Below, one piece after another: positions 1-13,271 of a stretch of 64,000 nucleotides of DNA. This DNA comes from Cyanophora paradoxa CCMP329 (lineage: Eukaryota; Plantae; Glaucophyta). The position numbers and the translations under genes were made by a program. The number at the start of each line of letters is the position of its first letter. Positions within the stretch are counted from its first letter, which is position 1. The stretch lies in contig QPMI01000629.1 in assembly GCA_004431415.1 (NCBI GenBank), forward strand, positions 79,448 to 143,447, written 5' to 3'. The notes under the pieces were generated by a model that ran no database searches, was not told the DNA's origin, and saw nothing but the letters and a program-made list of their open reading frames with translations.

Positions 1-2465
1 TCATGCACCCCAGAGGCTTCAATGATTCTCGGAATTGGAATGCGGGCCACAGTTTCAGTGGGTATCGTGTACTTGCGGGCCACCCTGCTTGAGAAGGCGA
101 AAGTTGACGTTCAGGTGAGATCTCATTCTTCGCAATGCATCTCCCGGTAGGAACCCACACTCACAAATTAAAATCAAACCAGGGGACACAAAATGCGATC
201 GGATCAACGGACATCACCGGCCAAATCCGGCTGGCTCCGGACCTGACGATCAGTGCAGGCTACAGAGCATTTTCGGTCACTATTGGTATCTGGCCGTTAG
301 CAAAAACAATTGGCCTCGGTGGAAACGACTGGAGCTGGAATGTCCTCACGGCGACCTTTGGGAGCGCACCGGATGCAACGTTTTCCCTGAAAGGTGTGCA
401 TGTGCACAAAGGACTGATTTGAATTCGGCGTGCGCATGCATATGCATCAAACTAATCGAGGCGCTACCAGCCCCAACGGTTGAACAACCGGCAGCATTGC
501 CGACCGCAAGCAACCCGGGGAAAGTGACCCGTCCTCTCGATTCGTCTCCAAGTCAGAAATGGTCGGCCCCGGTCATTATCAACCTTGTACTGGACGCCGC
601 GAACAGCGCAATCATGTCGATTGTTCAGGCCAGCTCGACCAACACAACCAAGCTTCCAGAGAACGGCGTCACTTTCTTGAGTTTGCACGCTTGCGTTTGT
701 GCCATCAAAAACATTATCATATTTTGCATTTATATATCATCTGACAGATCTGGCTGGTTGGACGGCGGAGCAAATCAGCCGCATCAATTTCAACGACGAG
801 AGCACACTCACCATACCACCTGCAGCTGCAGCAAAGCGGCATCTTGCGGCGGCTGCAGCGACCACGTCTGCAGTGGCCGTCAGCGTTGACACGTCCGCTG
901 CGCTGGGCGTCGTCGGCGTGTCCGTCTTGGCACAGGATTCCAACTATCTCAAGACCGTCCTTCCCCTCGCCTTCAACATTCAGCCGGCCCCGACGCCGTC
1001 ACCGACCCCATCGCCCTCGCCCTCGCCCTCGCTCTCGCCGTCTCCGTCACCCAGCCCATCTCCCAGCAGCACGCCGACACTGAGCCCTTCGCCATCCGCA
1101 AGCCCTTCTCCCACGACCAGCCCCACGCCAACACCAGAAGCAGACGAAGCTGCAGCCGGTGTCAGCGGAAATGATAATATTAGTGGAGGCGGTGCCGACG
1201 GCAGCGGGGGCAGTGCCGATGGCAGCGGGGGCAGTGCTGGGGACGCCAACAACGGGCAGCCCACGGCTGCGGCTCCGATGCCAAGCCCCGCGGCTCAAAC
1301 TCCATCCTCGCTGCCTCTCCGAGTTCAAGTCAAGACGACGATTGTCGAGACGTATCTGTCCGTGAAAATGGACAGCCTCGAAAAATGCTTCGCCCTAACT
1401 TCTACGGAGCGGATCGCCGAGGTCAGCCTTCCCAGACAACATAAATTCACCGACAAACATTAAAATTATGTTCAGATCCAGTCGAGCATCGCTGGCCAAT
1501 TGCGCACCCAAACCTCCTGCGACAGCAGCCAGATTGAGGTATGATGCATCTGTACCTAGCACGATATCGATCGATCGTCCTAATTTTATAATGAGGTGGC
1601 TCTCAAATTTCCTTTCGTAGGTGGGGACTCCAAAGTGCACATCGTCCACTCAGCGTCGCGCAATGCGAGAGGCTGCAAGCCTCGTCATCTCTCTTCGAAT
1701 CTACGACAACCTCGCGGCCCAAGCGGGGACGTCGACGTCTTCGAGCTCAGCAAACGCAAAGTCCGTCTCGGCCATGGACATCATAACCGCTGTCCAAGCG
1801 ATGGCCGAGCCAACGGCAGCTACCCCGCTGGTTGTCGCTGGCTACCGCGTTTCGTCCGTGGCTCCCCCCACCGTCAAGGAAAACCAGATCGCGACCGTTT
1901 CTTTTTCTCCCGGCGTGCGCATACATATATATAAAAACTGTTGCATCTGAAGAAGAGTTTAAATTTACACTTCTCGGGCGCAGCAACCTGCATCCGTGGC
2001 CGTCGATTCTGCAGCTACAGCCGCAGCGGCCGCGGGTGGCTCTGATTCGGGCAGCGCTGCAGCAGGTGTCGGTTCCAGCTCAGGGTCCACGGCGCCGACT
2101 GGGTCCGGAGCGGCTGCGGCTGCTTCCAGTTCGGGAGCCGGCCAGCCATCTGCATCGAGTTCAGGCGGATCCGGATCATTCCCCGTCGCGGCCATTGGCG
2201 CAGGTCAAGTCCACTCGCGAACTTCGGAAGCAGCTGCCTTCCAATTGCTGCCGCCTGATTTTTTGCCTCGCGCGCAGTCGCTGGAGCGTTGATTGCAGTT
2301 GGGGTTGCCGTGGTTGTGGCGATCGTCATTGTCAAGCGGAAGCGGCGCGCAGCCGCTGTCGTTCATCCTGTTCAAGTTGTCGTGCATCCTGTTGTCGTTC
2401 CAGCAGCCGAATCGGTGCCGGCGGCAGCAGTTGCTCCAGCGCGCGACGCAAATGTGCACGTGTGA
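1..2465 (+). CDS. 3' part of a multi-exon host gene: Ser/Pro-repeat (SP)n stalk protein with a C-terminal transmembrane helix (type I membrane/surface protein)
   Basis: Protein-like exon blocks (699-1420 with (SP)n and GGSADG repeats; ~1650-1910; ~1985-2203) separated by short AT-richer GT..AG segments. Splicing 2204-2277 gives ..VAAIGA|VAGALIAVGVAVVVAIVIVKRKRR..ANVHV*: a hydrophobic helix plus basic stop-transfer, TGA at 2463-2465. The 5' end lies outside the window. Confidence 0.7.
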
Positions 2466-3376
2466 TTCAAAAATCAGCAGTTAACGTTGACATTATTCTA
2501 GCATTGATATATCAAGTCTGACATTGTGCACAATTTCAGCCCCGACATCATTCTGAAATCATCTTTATCCGACTGGACGTTATTCTCGCAATAATATCAA
2601 TCTGACATCAGAATATTAATATTGTTGACGTCTTAATATATGCAGTACTGCGCCCGTGCCACCACACTTGCTGCCACCCGCGCTAGCGCTGCCACGCTTG
2701 CTTCCGATCCGCCCCTGCAAAAGAGGAGCACAGCGGCAAGCCACGATCAAGCACGCGGCCAGCCAGCCAGGCGTTCCAAGTAAGGCCGAGGCGGAGCGGA
2801 GGCGCTAACGTTTAACATAAGGCCGAGGCCGGGTGGGGTTGAGCGGGGAAGAAGGCAGGGAAGCAGCAGGTCGCGGGCGTGGAGGCGGCGGGAGGTGATC
2901 ATGAGGCCGGCGGCGTCGAGGTCGCGGGCGGAGAGGCCATGGCCAGGGCCGGCGATCGCGAGGCCGGGGGATAGGAGGCCGCGGGCATGGTTCCGGGCGC
3001 AGCAGCCGCGGCCGCAGGCGGAGTCATGCTGGGACTGGAGGGCGGAGCAGCACGTGTACGAAGAGTCCAGTGACACACGTTTGAATCACACTCGGGGTCA
3101 TATTTACTTTCCATAGTCTTCACTCTTCGCAGAGGTGTTTGAGTTTCTTCGTGCGCGATGTACGCCTGGGACCCCGGCGGCCGTATTCCGATCCGCCAAT
3201 TACCCCCCCACCCCCCCACCCCTCCCCCTCTCCACTCCCCCTAGCCTTTCTCCCTCCCCCCGCCCCAGGTCTTAGGCATCCGGATGATCCGCGGCGAAAA
3301 GCAATGATCCGGATGATCCGCGACGATGTTTAATTTTTATATATATATATATATATTGGCCCCCCCCCCCAAATTT

Positions 3377-6300
3377 TCAGGCGAAGCCTCTTTCAGGCGA
3401 AGCCTCTTTCTCAAACCCAAAAACCAACGAGCCAAATTCCTTTTTTAACCTTTTTTTCCACTCGAGATCCCCCCTGCTAAATAATTTCCATGTCGCACCT
3501 CCTCGAGGACGAATTATTAATTCTGCCTCGACACGGACGCGATTGCCGCAAATAACACACCTACTCTAACCCCCACAGACCTCTCTAGATCCATTTTTAG
3601 CGTCCTGGCTCCCCTAAGACGACCGCTCTCCCGTGGGCGTCGCGCGAAAATCGAATTCCCCTCTGGATCAATTCCGGTACTTAACCTCCGACAAATGCAA
3701 TCCGAATCAGAAGGTGGGACCCGGTCCCGCCCGGTCCCGCGACGGAACGCGCCAGGAACACCCCAGAGCGATACAAAATGACGCGCGAGCGCGAGCGCAT
3801 CGCCGCAAGCTCGATTTCGGGCGCCCTCGACGCTCCAGTGCGACGAGTCGGCCGAAAATTTGATCCGGCCGGTTCCGGCCGGTCCCGCGACGCGCACGAT
3901 CGAGGTGTACTGGCGCGCATAGACATAGCAGGGCCTGCGCACCCCCGAAATCCGCTTTTCGGAGGCCGAACAGCGCAGGAAGGCTCCCGGCAGCAAAAAT
4001 TCGATCCTGCACGGCCCCGGACATCTTTCCGCGCGTCCACGCCGCGGCGCATGCGCGGACCGATAGCATAAGCATTTAAGATGTAGAAGAAGCATTCCGC
4101 ACGCTTTGCAGATGCGCCGGGCCGCGAGGACCCAGCCGACCCCGAAAATTCGATCCTTCACTGACCTGCACGTCTTTCCGCGCGCCCTCGCATCCTCACG
4201 CATGAGAATCGCTACAATATTCATTTTAGATTTTATCAAAGCCTTCCACAAGCTTCGAAGACGCGAAAGAGCACCAGAACCCAGCCGGCGGCAAAAATTC
4301 GATCCTGCACGGGCCCGGACATCTTTCCGCGCGCCCACGCCGCGGCGCATGCGCGGAACAATAGCATAAGCATTTGAGATGTAGACAAAGCATTCCGCAC
4401 GCTTTACAGATGTGCCGGGCCGCGAGGACCCAGCCGACCCAGAAAATTCGATCCTCTTCAGACCTGAACAACTTTCCGCACGCCCTCGCACCCTCGCGCA
4501 TGCGCATCGCTACAATATTCATCTAAGATCTTTTAAAAGCCTTTCGCAAGCTCTGCGGACGCGACAGGGCGCGGCAATCCAGCCGACGCAAAAATTCGAT
4601 CCTGGCCACGCCTGCACATCTTTCCGCGCGCCCTCGCCTCCGCAGCCCTGCACATCGATGCTATATGCGTTCGAGATTCTGTTTAAGCGATTCGCAAGCT
4701 CTGTGCATGCGCCTGGCCGCGAGAACCTCGCCCCTCCCGGCCGCGGGCCTCCTTCCCAACAATATTATATAATTAATCTCCTCTCAATCTGCTCCACCCT
4801 TTATTTCCTCAGTACATTAATATTCCTCTAGCCGGCCAGCCCTAGCTGGACTGGCCGTCAGCCAGCCAGCTTCCACCCAGAAAGCTGTTCGCGATCGGCC
4901 AGGCCGCTGGCCAGTCGCTGAGTGCCCTATATATATAGCCTAGTAGGCCTACTGTAACAGCCGCGAGGGCGTCCGCGAGGCTTCGCCGTACTTAGTGCTC
5001 CGCAGGAGCACGGATCTTGTCTCAAACCCAAAAACCGCCGATATAAATTCCTTTTTTTACCTTTTTTTCCACTCAAGATCCCCCCTGCTAAATAATTTCC
5101 GCGTCGCACTCCCTCGAGGACGAATTATTAATTCTGCCTCGACACGGACGCGATTGCTGCTGGTAACACAGCTCCCCGAACCCCCACAGACCTCTCTAGA
5201 TCCATTTTTAACGTCGTGGCTCCCCTAAGACGACCGCTCGCCCGTGGGCGTCGCGCGAAAATCGAATTTCCCTCTGGATCAATTCCGGTACTTAACCTTC
5301 AGGCGAAGCCTCTTTCAGGCGAAGCCTCTTTCTCAAACCCAAAAAGAAACGTGCCAAATTCCTTTCTTATCCTTTTTTTCCACTCGAGATCCCCCCTACT
5401 AAATAATTTCCATGTCGCACCTCCTCGAGGACGAATTATTAATTCTGCCTCGACACGGACGTGACCTGGTGGAGACAACACAGCTCCCCGAACCTCTACA
5501 AACCTCTCTAGATCCATTTTTAGCGCCCTGGCTCCCCTAACACGACCGCTCTCCCGTGGGCGTCGCGCGAATTTCGAATTTCCCTCTGGATCAATTCCGG
5601 TACTTAACCTCCGACAAATGCAGTCCGAGTCAGAAGGTGGGACCCGGTCCCGCCCGGTCCCGCGACGAAATCGCGCCAGGGGCGCCCCAGAACGATACCG
5701 AATGACGCGCGAGGGCGAGCGCATCGCCGCAAGCTCGAATTCGGGCGCCCTCGACGCTCCAGTGCGAAGAGTCGGCCGAAAATTTGATCAAGCCGGTCCC
5801 GCCCGGTCCCGCGACGCGCGCAATCGATGCGTACTGGCGGACAAAGACATAGCAGGGCCTGCGCACCCCCGAAATCCGCTTTTCAGAGCCGGAACAGCGC
5901 AGGAAGGTGCCGGACGGCAAAAATTTGATCCTGCACGGGCCCGGACATCTTTCCGCGCGCCCACGCCGCGGCGCATGCGCGGGACAATAGCATAAGCGTT
6001 TGAGATGTAGAAGAAGACTTCCGCACGGTCTCTAAATGCACCAGGCCGCGAGGACCCAGCCGACCCCGAAAATTCGATCCTGTACGGACCCGAACATCTT
6101 TCCGCGCGCCCTCGCATTCTCGCGCATGCGCATCGCTACAATATTCATTTGAGATTTTATCAAAGCCTTCCACAAGCTTCGAAGACGCGAAAGAGCACGA
6201 GAACCCAGCCGATGGCAAAAATTCGATCCTGCACGGACCCGGACATCTTTCCGCGCACCCACGCCGCGGCGTATGCGCGGAACAATAGCATAAGCATTTG

Positions 6301-8570
6301 AGATGTAGAGCAAGCGTTTCGCACGCTTTACAGATGTGCCGGGCCGCGAGGACCCAGCCGACCCCGAAAATTCGATCCTGGACGGACCTGAACATCTTTC
6401 CGCACGCCCTCGCATCCTCACGCATGCGCATCGCTACAATATTCATCTAAGATCTTTTAAAAGCCTTTCGCAAGCTCTGCGGACACGACAGGGCGCGGCA
6501 ATCCAGCCGACGCAAAAATTCGATCCTGGCCACGCCTGCACATCTTTAATTTCCGCGCGCCCTCGCCTCCGCAGCCCTGCACATCGATGCTATATGCGTT
6601 CGAGATTCTGTTTAAGCGATTCGCAAGCTCTGTGCATGCGCCTGGCCGCGAGAACCTCGTCCCTCCCGGGCCTCCTTCCCAACAATATTATATAATTAAT
6701 CTCCTCTCAATCTGCTCCATGGCCATTGGCCACCCTTTATTTCCTCAGTACGTATACATTAATATTCCTCTAGCCGGCCAGCCCTAGCTGGACTGGCCGT
6801 CAGCCAGCCAGCTTCCAGCCAGAAAGCTGTTCGCGATCGGCCAGGCCGCTGGCCAGTCGCTGAGTGCCCTATAGGCCTACTGTAACAGCCGCGAGGGCGT
6901 CCGCGAGGCTTCGCCGTACTTAGTGCTCCGCAGGAGCACGGATCTTGTCTCAAACCCAAAAACCGCCGATATAAATTCCTTTTTTAACCTTTTTTTCCAC
7001 TCGAGATCCCCCCTGCTAAATAATTTCCGTATCGCACTCCCTCGAGGCAGAATTATTAATTCTCCCTCGACACGGACGCGATTGCTGGTAGTCACACAGC
7101 CACCCGAACCCCCACACACCTCTCTAGATCCATTTTTAGCGTCCCGGCTCCCCTAAGACGACCGCTCGCCCGTGGGCGTCGCGCGAATTCTTTTTTTTAT
7201 TTCCCTCTGGATCAATTCCGGTACTTAACCTCCGACAAACGCAGTCCGAGTCAGAAGGTGGGACCCGGTCCCGCCCGGTCCCGCGACGAAATCGCGCCAG
7301 GGACGCCCCAGAACGATACAGAATGACGCGCGAGGGCGAGCGCATCACCGCAAGGTCGATTTCGGGCGCCGTCGACGCTCCAGTGCGAAGAGTCGGCCGA
7401 AATTTTGATCCGGCCGGTTCCGGCCGGTCCCGCGACGCGCGCAATCGATGCGTACTGGCGCGCATAGACATAGCAGGGCCTGCGCACCCCCGAAATCCGC
7501 TTTTCGGAGGCCGAACAGTGCAGGAAGCTTTAAGGTACCGGACATCAAACATTCGATCCTGCACAGGCCCGGACATCTTTCCGCGCGCCCACGCCGCGGC
7601 GCATGCGCGGAGCAACAGGATAAGCATTTGACATGTAGAAGAAGACTTCCGCACGGTTTGCAGATGCGCCGGGCCGCGAGGACCCAGCCGACCCCGAAAA
7701 TTCGATCCTCCACGGACCTGCACATCTTAAGCTTTCCGCGCGCCCTCGCATCCTCGCGCATGCGCATCGCTACAATATGCATTTGAGATTCTATCGAAGC
7801 CTTCCACAAGCTTCGAAGACGCGAAAGTGCACGAGAACCCAGCCGACGGCAAAAATTCGATCCTGCACGGACCCGGACATCTTTCCGCGCGCCCACGCTG
7901 CGGCGCATGCGCGGAACAATAGCATAAGCATCTGAGATGTAGATCAAGCGTTTCGCAAGCTTTACAGATGTGCCGGGCCGCGAGGACCCAGCCGACCCCG
8001 AATTCGCGAAAATTCGATCCTCGTCAGACCTGAACAACTTTCCGCGCGCCCTCGCATCCTCGCGTGTGTGCATCCCCACAATAGTAATTTGAGATCTTTG
8101 TTAAGCTTTTCGCGACCCCCGAGGACGCGACACGGCGCGAGAATCCAACCGACCCTGAAAATTCGATCCTGCATGGACCTGCACACCGGTACCTTTCCGC
8201 GCGCCCTCACCTCCGCAGCCCTGCACATCGATGCTATATGCGTTCGAAATTCTGTTTAAGCGATTCGCAATCTCTGTGCATGCGCATGCGCCTGGCCGCG
8301 AGAACCTCGCCCCTCCCGGGCCTCCTTCCCAACAATATTATATAATTAATCTCCTCTCAATCTGCTCCACCCTTTATTTCCTCAGTACATTAATATTCCT
8401 CTAGCCAGCCAGCGCTAGCTGGACTGGCCGTCAGCCAGCCAGCTTCCAGCCAGAAACCTGTTCGCAATCGGCCAGACCGCTGGCCAGTCACTGAGTGCCC
8501 TACTAAGTATAGGCCTACTGTGACAGCCGCGAGGGCGTCCGCGAGGCTTCGCCGTACTTAGTGCTCCGCG
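3377..8570. repeat. Complex tandem block A-B-A-A-B-A-B (A ~280 bp, B ~1.3 kb); B is built of ~148-bp subunits carrying AAAATTCGATCC
   Basis: A (CTCAAACCCAAAAA...GGTACTTAACC) at ~3410, 5020, 5332, 6948. B starts TCCGACAAA at ~3687, 5610, 7231. AAAATTCGATCC recurs at ~3996, 4145, 4294, 4443, 4591. The block begins just after a (TA)n/poly-C tract. Confidence 0.9.
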
Positions 8571-8606
8571 AGGCTTCCCACTGGGCCAGGTGCCCGTCCG
8601 AATTTA

Positions 8607-8724
8607 TCCTGAGGGCACCTACCCGGCAACCCTCCCCTCAACGCTGCCCCCACCGTCCCCACACCGTGCCCTATCGGTGCCCGCTCGGTGATTGGTCGGT
8701 GTCGCCTACTTCCCTCTCATATAT
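8607..8724 (+). repeat. Left copy of a ~118-bp direct repeat (partner 11679-11797)
   Basis: TCCTGAGGGCACCTACCCGGCAACCCTCCCCTCAACG...GTCGCCTACTTCCC(C)TCTCATATAT is near-identical at both positions. Confidence 0.9.
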
Positions 8725-9542
8725 TGGTCGGTGTCCCCTACTTCCCCCGGTGTCGGTGTGAGGGGCCTGTGTAAATTGAAACAAGGAAATCGAATATTTT
8801 TTTCGTTGCAACTAGCCCGGCGAAGGTGGGAACCATGTCATCCGGTACCCGGTCTAGAGCGCGATGGCCGGCGAGGCCAGCGCCGCGCCGGAGGCGCCCG
8901 GCAAGCAGCGCGGAAGGGTTGATAAGCATGCGGCACGACCTAGGGCACCCCGCGGCTCGAATCGGAGCACGAATCACATGCAGGCGATCATCGGATGCGG
9001 GACAAGCTTGGTGCGCAGAATCCCTCTCTACCGTTCGGCCCAGACGCTCAGCATAGGTAGAGAACATCATATAACACCCGTACGCGCAAGACGGGAAGAT
9101 CAGTAGAGAGGGATTTCATCAGCGAGGCTGCCGACGGGGACTATAGCTAGAATCTGATTGGGACAGCCGCGCTGCGAACGGCCCCGCCTGCATAGCAGCA
9201 CGGCTATAGCTAAGGTTTCCAGCCTATCCGCACGCCTAGAGCCCGCCGCGCGGGGCTCCTTCGGTCCCTTCCTCGGGAGAGCGCCGTTGAAACAGGAACC
9301 ACGCACCCGCCGTCTTTCGCAGCCTTAGAGCGCTGCGAGGGGTCTTCTATTCGCACGTACATCACAACGCGCACGCTAGAAGCCCCGCGCGCAGGCCCCT
9401 CGCGCGTGCCGCCAACATTTCAAAGAGATTTGATCCGGTTTCTCCCTTGTGCAGATGCTAAGCGGGGCATCGTTCGCGGCCCCGAGGCCGCCTCGAGCGG
9501 CGTGGACGCTGCCGACGCCCTTCCCGACCCAGGCATGCCGCC

Positions 9543-10794
9543 GTGCCGCCGTGCCCCGTCGCCCGTGCCGCGAAAGTGACCCGCGCACCTCAGGGACAGG
9601 GCAGAGTGAGGATTCCGAGAACAGGGATCCACAGCAGTCTGCGGAGGGGAGCCCCGCGAGCAAGCGGCGGCGGTGGAGCGTCGCGGCGCCGGGAGGGGCG
9701 CTCGAGCTCGCGGCCGCCGCGGCCGCCGCCTCGCCCGCCCGCCGCAGCTGCAGCCCGTCCCGGGAGCCGTCCTCGTCCGCTCGCCCGACCGCCGCGTGCT
9801 GGGGACCTGCAGCCGACAGCCGAGCAGCAGCTGCAGCTGACTCTGCTGCCGATGCCGCCGCCGCGCCAGCCGCCGTCGACGCCGTCGATGGCTCCGCCGC
9901 CGCCGCCGCGCCGCACCTCGATGCCCGACCCGGCGCAGCTGCAGCTGATGGTCGTCGAGCCGACGCCGATGCACGTCGATCCGCAGCCGCCGATGGCCCT
10001 CATGCCGCCGCCGCCGCGCCGCAGCGGCAAGCAGAAGCAGACCCTCCTGAAGGGCCCGTACGAGGCCCTAGGGCGAGTCCCGCCCGACGACCTGAAGAAG
10101 GATGGGCTACACATCTTCAAGCGCGGACACCAGACGCACCTGCAGCGGGCGCAGGACGAGAAGGCCGCGAAGAAGTCCAAACAGGCGAAGGAGGACGGCG
10201 TCTGCTTCGTCGGGAAGATCTCAGCGCGCGCATCGGAAGAGTTCGAGGAGGCAAGGAAGGTGCGGACCCGGGCTCGTCGCGAAGCACGCCCGCCCTGTCC
10301 GCGCTCACGCCCGCCCCGCGCAGGTCTACGGGGAGGTGAACAACGTCGAGATAACGAGAAAGGAGTACGCGGAGATCCAAACCTCGATGTTCGCGAATCT
10401 CATCATGGAGTTCGGGAAGCTCAAGGAGACGAACACCCAGCTGAGGCATGAGAATGCGGAGCTGCGGGGGCACCGCCAGGCGCCCCAGCTGCCCGCGCCC
10501 CCGCCCACCCGCGCCCACGGCGCCCACGGCTCGGCGACGCCGCCGTCGAGTCTCTGCCCGTCGCCCGATCCGCCACGGCTGCCGCTCCGCCCCTGCCCCG
10601 GTGCCGGCCGACGCTTCGCCCTCCGCCTCCACCCCGCCAGCTCCGCCTCCTCCAGCGCCGCCACCGCCGCCGGCTCCGCCTCCTCCAGCGCCGCCGCCGC
10701 CGCCGCCGCCGGCTCCGCCTCCTCCAGCGCCGCCTCCGCCCCGCCCGCCGCACCACTTCGGGCCGCCGCCCCATCCGCCGTGAGCGCGCGGTAG
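9543..10794 (+). CDS. Hypothetical protein with Pro/Gln-rich N-terminus, basic region and coiled coil; at least one intron (10260-10323); start uncertain
   Basis: ..KISARASEEFEEARK|gt..cag|VYGEVNNVEITRKEYAEIQTSMFANLIMEFGKLKETNTQLRHENAELRG joins in frame across a canonical GT-AG intron, with GC3-biased codons. Confidence 0.55.
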
Positions 10795-11678
10795 AGGAGC
10801 GCTGCTGCAGGAAGCGCGTTTCCCTTGCCATTCTGCGCGTAGCGAAGCGCCCCCATCATGCTGGGGGTCTGGAAAGGCTTCTGCGTCGTCAACGCCGCGC
10901 TGAAAGGCAACTTCGCGACGATTCCGCAGCCCATGTGCTTGTAGGACTTCTTTCCAAATAACACTGAAGAGCGCGAGCGCAGGAACGTCAGAAAGATGAG
11001 CGCAAGAACGTGGGCGCCGAAGCGGGCGACAGCGCCGACGGACCCGGCGGCGCCCGGGCACTCCCACGCACCGTCTTCGTGTCTAAACGCCATGTCGAGG
11101 TCCTCCATCGTGCTTGCTGCCAGGATCGTGCTTGCTGCCGGGCTGCCGCTTTGCTTGCGGGGGGGGTGCGATGTTGGCGGCCTGGGCGTGCGCCGGCGGG
11201 CCGCCCGCGCCTTCCGACCGATCTAGAGGCATGCTGATGGGTTCCGACCGCCTCGAGAAGCGCGCAGCGGCTTCGAAAGAGCCCGCCCGCACACGGCGTG
11301 GTGAGCAGCGACGCTCCGCCGCTTTCGTAGCGAGGGCCACCCGCCGCACTAGCTGTAGCCGGCTATAAGTGGCTGCAAGAGCATACTGAGCAACTTTGCC
11401 AGCGACAAGACTCCGGCCGGCCGGCTGTGTGACGCGTCCGGGCGCGCCGAAGGTGCGGTCGGCGGCGCGGGCCCCGGGGAGCTAGCTAGAGCGCCTAGCT
11501 GCCTGCCTAGTCCTACTGGTGTGCGCTCTGGGCTCTTCTGTCGTGCCGGTGCTCAAGTTCGGCGGTGCTCCGGCTGTTCGCGGTACTCCCCCCTAGACAT
11601 CTGGATGACGATTGCGTGCGCCGATTTCGCTGCACGATATTTATATTCGATTTCCTTAAATCCCCCCATAGGGGCCCC

Positions 11679-11797
11679 TCCTGAGGGCACCTACCCGGCA
11701 ACCCTCCCCTCAACGCTGCCCCCACCGTCCCCGCACCGTGCCCTATCGGTGCCCGCTCGGTGATTGGTCGGTGTCGCCTACTTCCCCTCTCATATAT
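11679..11797 (+). repeat. Right copy of the ~118-bp direct repeat
   Basis: Near-identical to 8607-8724. Confidence 0.9.
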
Positions 11798-12239
11798 CAT
11801 ACGCATATATCTTAAGCTTCTACCGGGCTCGACCACTAGCGCACGCTCGCTCCTGTCACCGGCTATCGGTGCCCAATCGGTGCCCTGTCCGTGTCGCGTG
11901 CGTGCCCTTAGGAAGGAATCCTCCCCCCAGATCCAAACCCGGGTCTTCGGCTCACGAACCAAGAATCCTAACCGCTGCGTTAAAATTGCCAGCGAAATCG
12001 GAAGTTCTCAAGCGGGTATTTATATGGTGGCACCCTGGAAAAATTTCAGTCCGCCCCGCGATGCAACGCGGCGCCCCAGCGAGCACTGCGAGCAACGCGG
12101 CGCATGCTAGATATCGCTAATATACCGCTGGAAAGGTCGAATTCAAGCTCGCAGTCGATCACCCCGAATTCGAAATTTTGGGATCACCATATGCATCGAT
12201 CAAATTTTCGGTTGTTAGCCCCACGTAAACGGACAGCCG

Positions 12240-12983
12240 ATGCCCTCCCTGCCCCGGCAGTGGCCGGCACCCAAGCGCCCACGCCCTGTGCCCTCTCCCC
12301 CTTCCGCCCCCGCGCCCGCCCCGCCCACACCTACGGCGAAACGAAAGGCAACCGGACGCAAGAAGCGTATGACTAAAAAAGCGCGAACAGCGCCAATACC
12401 CGCGGGGCAGCCCCCCATCACGTCCCTCCTCGCGCCCGGCGTGTACAAACCCCTCATGGCGTCGCAAGCAGCCGGCCCGCCCCTCCCTCCCCCGCCCCAG
12501 CCGCCCACGCTAGAGGCTGCCCCTCGTCCCCCTCCGGCCTTTCCCCCGGGTCTCACCGGCCCCCATGTAACAGACCTCCCGCTGGCCTCGGCCACTCCTA
12601 TGGCTTCGGCCACTCCTAGGGCCTCGGCCCCCCCACCGGCCTCGGCCACCTCCTCGGCTTCGGCCACTCCCCTGGCTTCGGCCAACCCTATGGCTCCGGC
12701 CACCCCCCTGGCTCCGGCCAACCCCCCCACTCCTCCTGACCCCTCCCGACCCCTCGCAACCCACCTCGCCTCCGCACTCCCAGCCCTCTGCGCTACCTGT
12801 CACTGTTCGCGCTCCCTCCACTCTGTTGTACCGGCTCCCCTCCCCACCCTACCCCGCATCCGCTGCCCCTCCCCTGCTGCCGCCTCCGCCCACTCCCTCT
12901 CCTTCCTCATATCCTCCTCCTACCACCTCCTTCACCTCGACACCACAGGGCACGGACTAATCTGGGCCCTGGGGCGCAGGTGA
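12240..12983 (+). CDS. Possible Pro/Ala-rich ORF with a basic NLS-like patch and 18-bp ASATP(L/M) repeats
   Basis: KRKATGRKKRMTKKAR; GGCTTCGGCCACTCCC-type 18-mers at ~12585-12725. Low complexity, no recognisable domain. Confidence 0.25.
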   Translation: MPSLPRQWPAPKRPRPVPSPPSAPAPAPPTPTAKRKATGRKKRMTKKARTAPIPAGQPPITSLLAPGVYKPLMASQAAGPPLPPPPQPPTLEAAPRPPPAFPPGLTGPHVTDLPLASATPMASATPRASAPPPASATSSASATPLASANPMAPATPLAPANPPTPPDPSRPLATHLASALPALCATCHCSRSLHSVVPAPLPTLPRIRCPSPAAASAHSLSFLISSSYHLLHLDTTGHGLIWALGRR

Positions 12984-13271
12984 GGAGGAGGGAGGAGGCG
13001 GAGAGAGGAGGAGGGGGGTGGCAGAGTGGCAGCAAGGGAGGGCGGAGGACTGCGAGACATTTGCCACCCAGACTCCAAGCTGGTTAAAAAAGGATATACC
13101 TGAGACTTCTGCACAGAACTAAGGCATTGTAAAGCGCACTACAGGCTCCAACATCCAGAATAAAATAGCAGTTCCATGCAGGGGCCTAATTTTGAAGTCT
13201 CGTCAAAATGCCCCCTCGAGCACCCTCCCCCCTCCCACTTCCGGGTACCCTGGTGAGAACGAGGGGTGGGG

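Noticed and set aside
2480-2640. Repeated TGACAT(T/C)ATTCT-like motifs after the host gene stop
   Set aside because: Too short and degenerate to assign; may be 3' UTR or a decayed repeat.
3517-8259. Many 100-320-aa ORFs in the repeat block and satellites
   Set aside because: They are translations of non-coding repeats in several frames with no domain signal.
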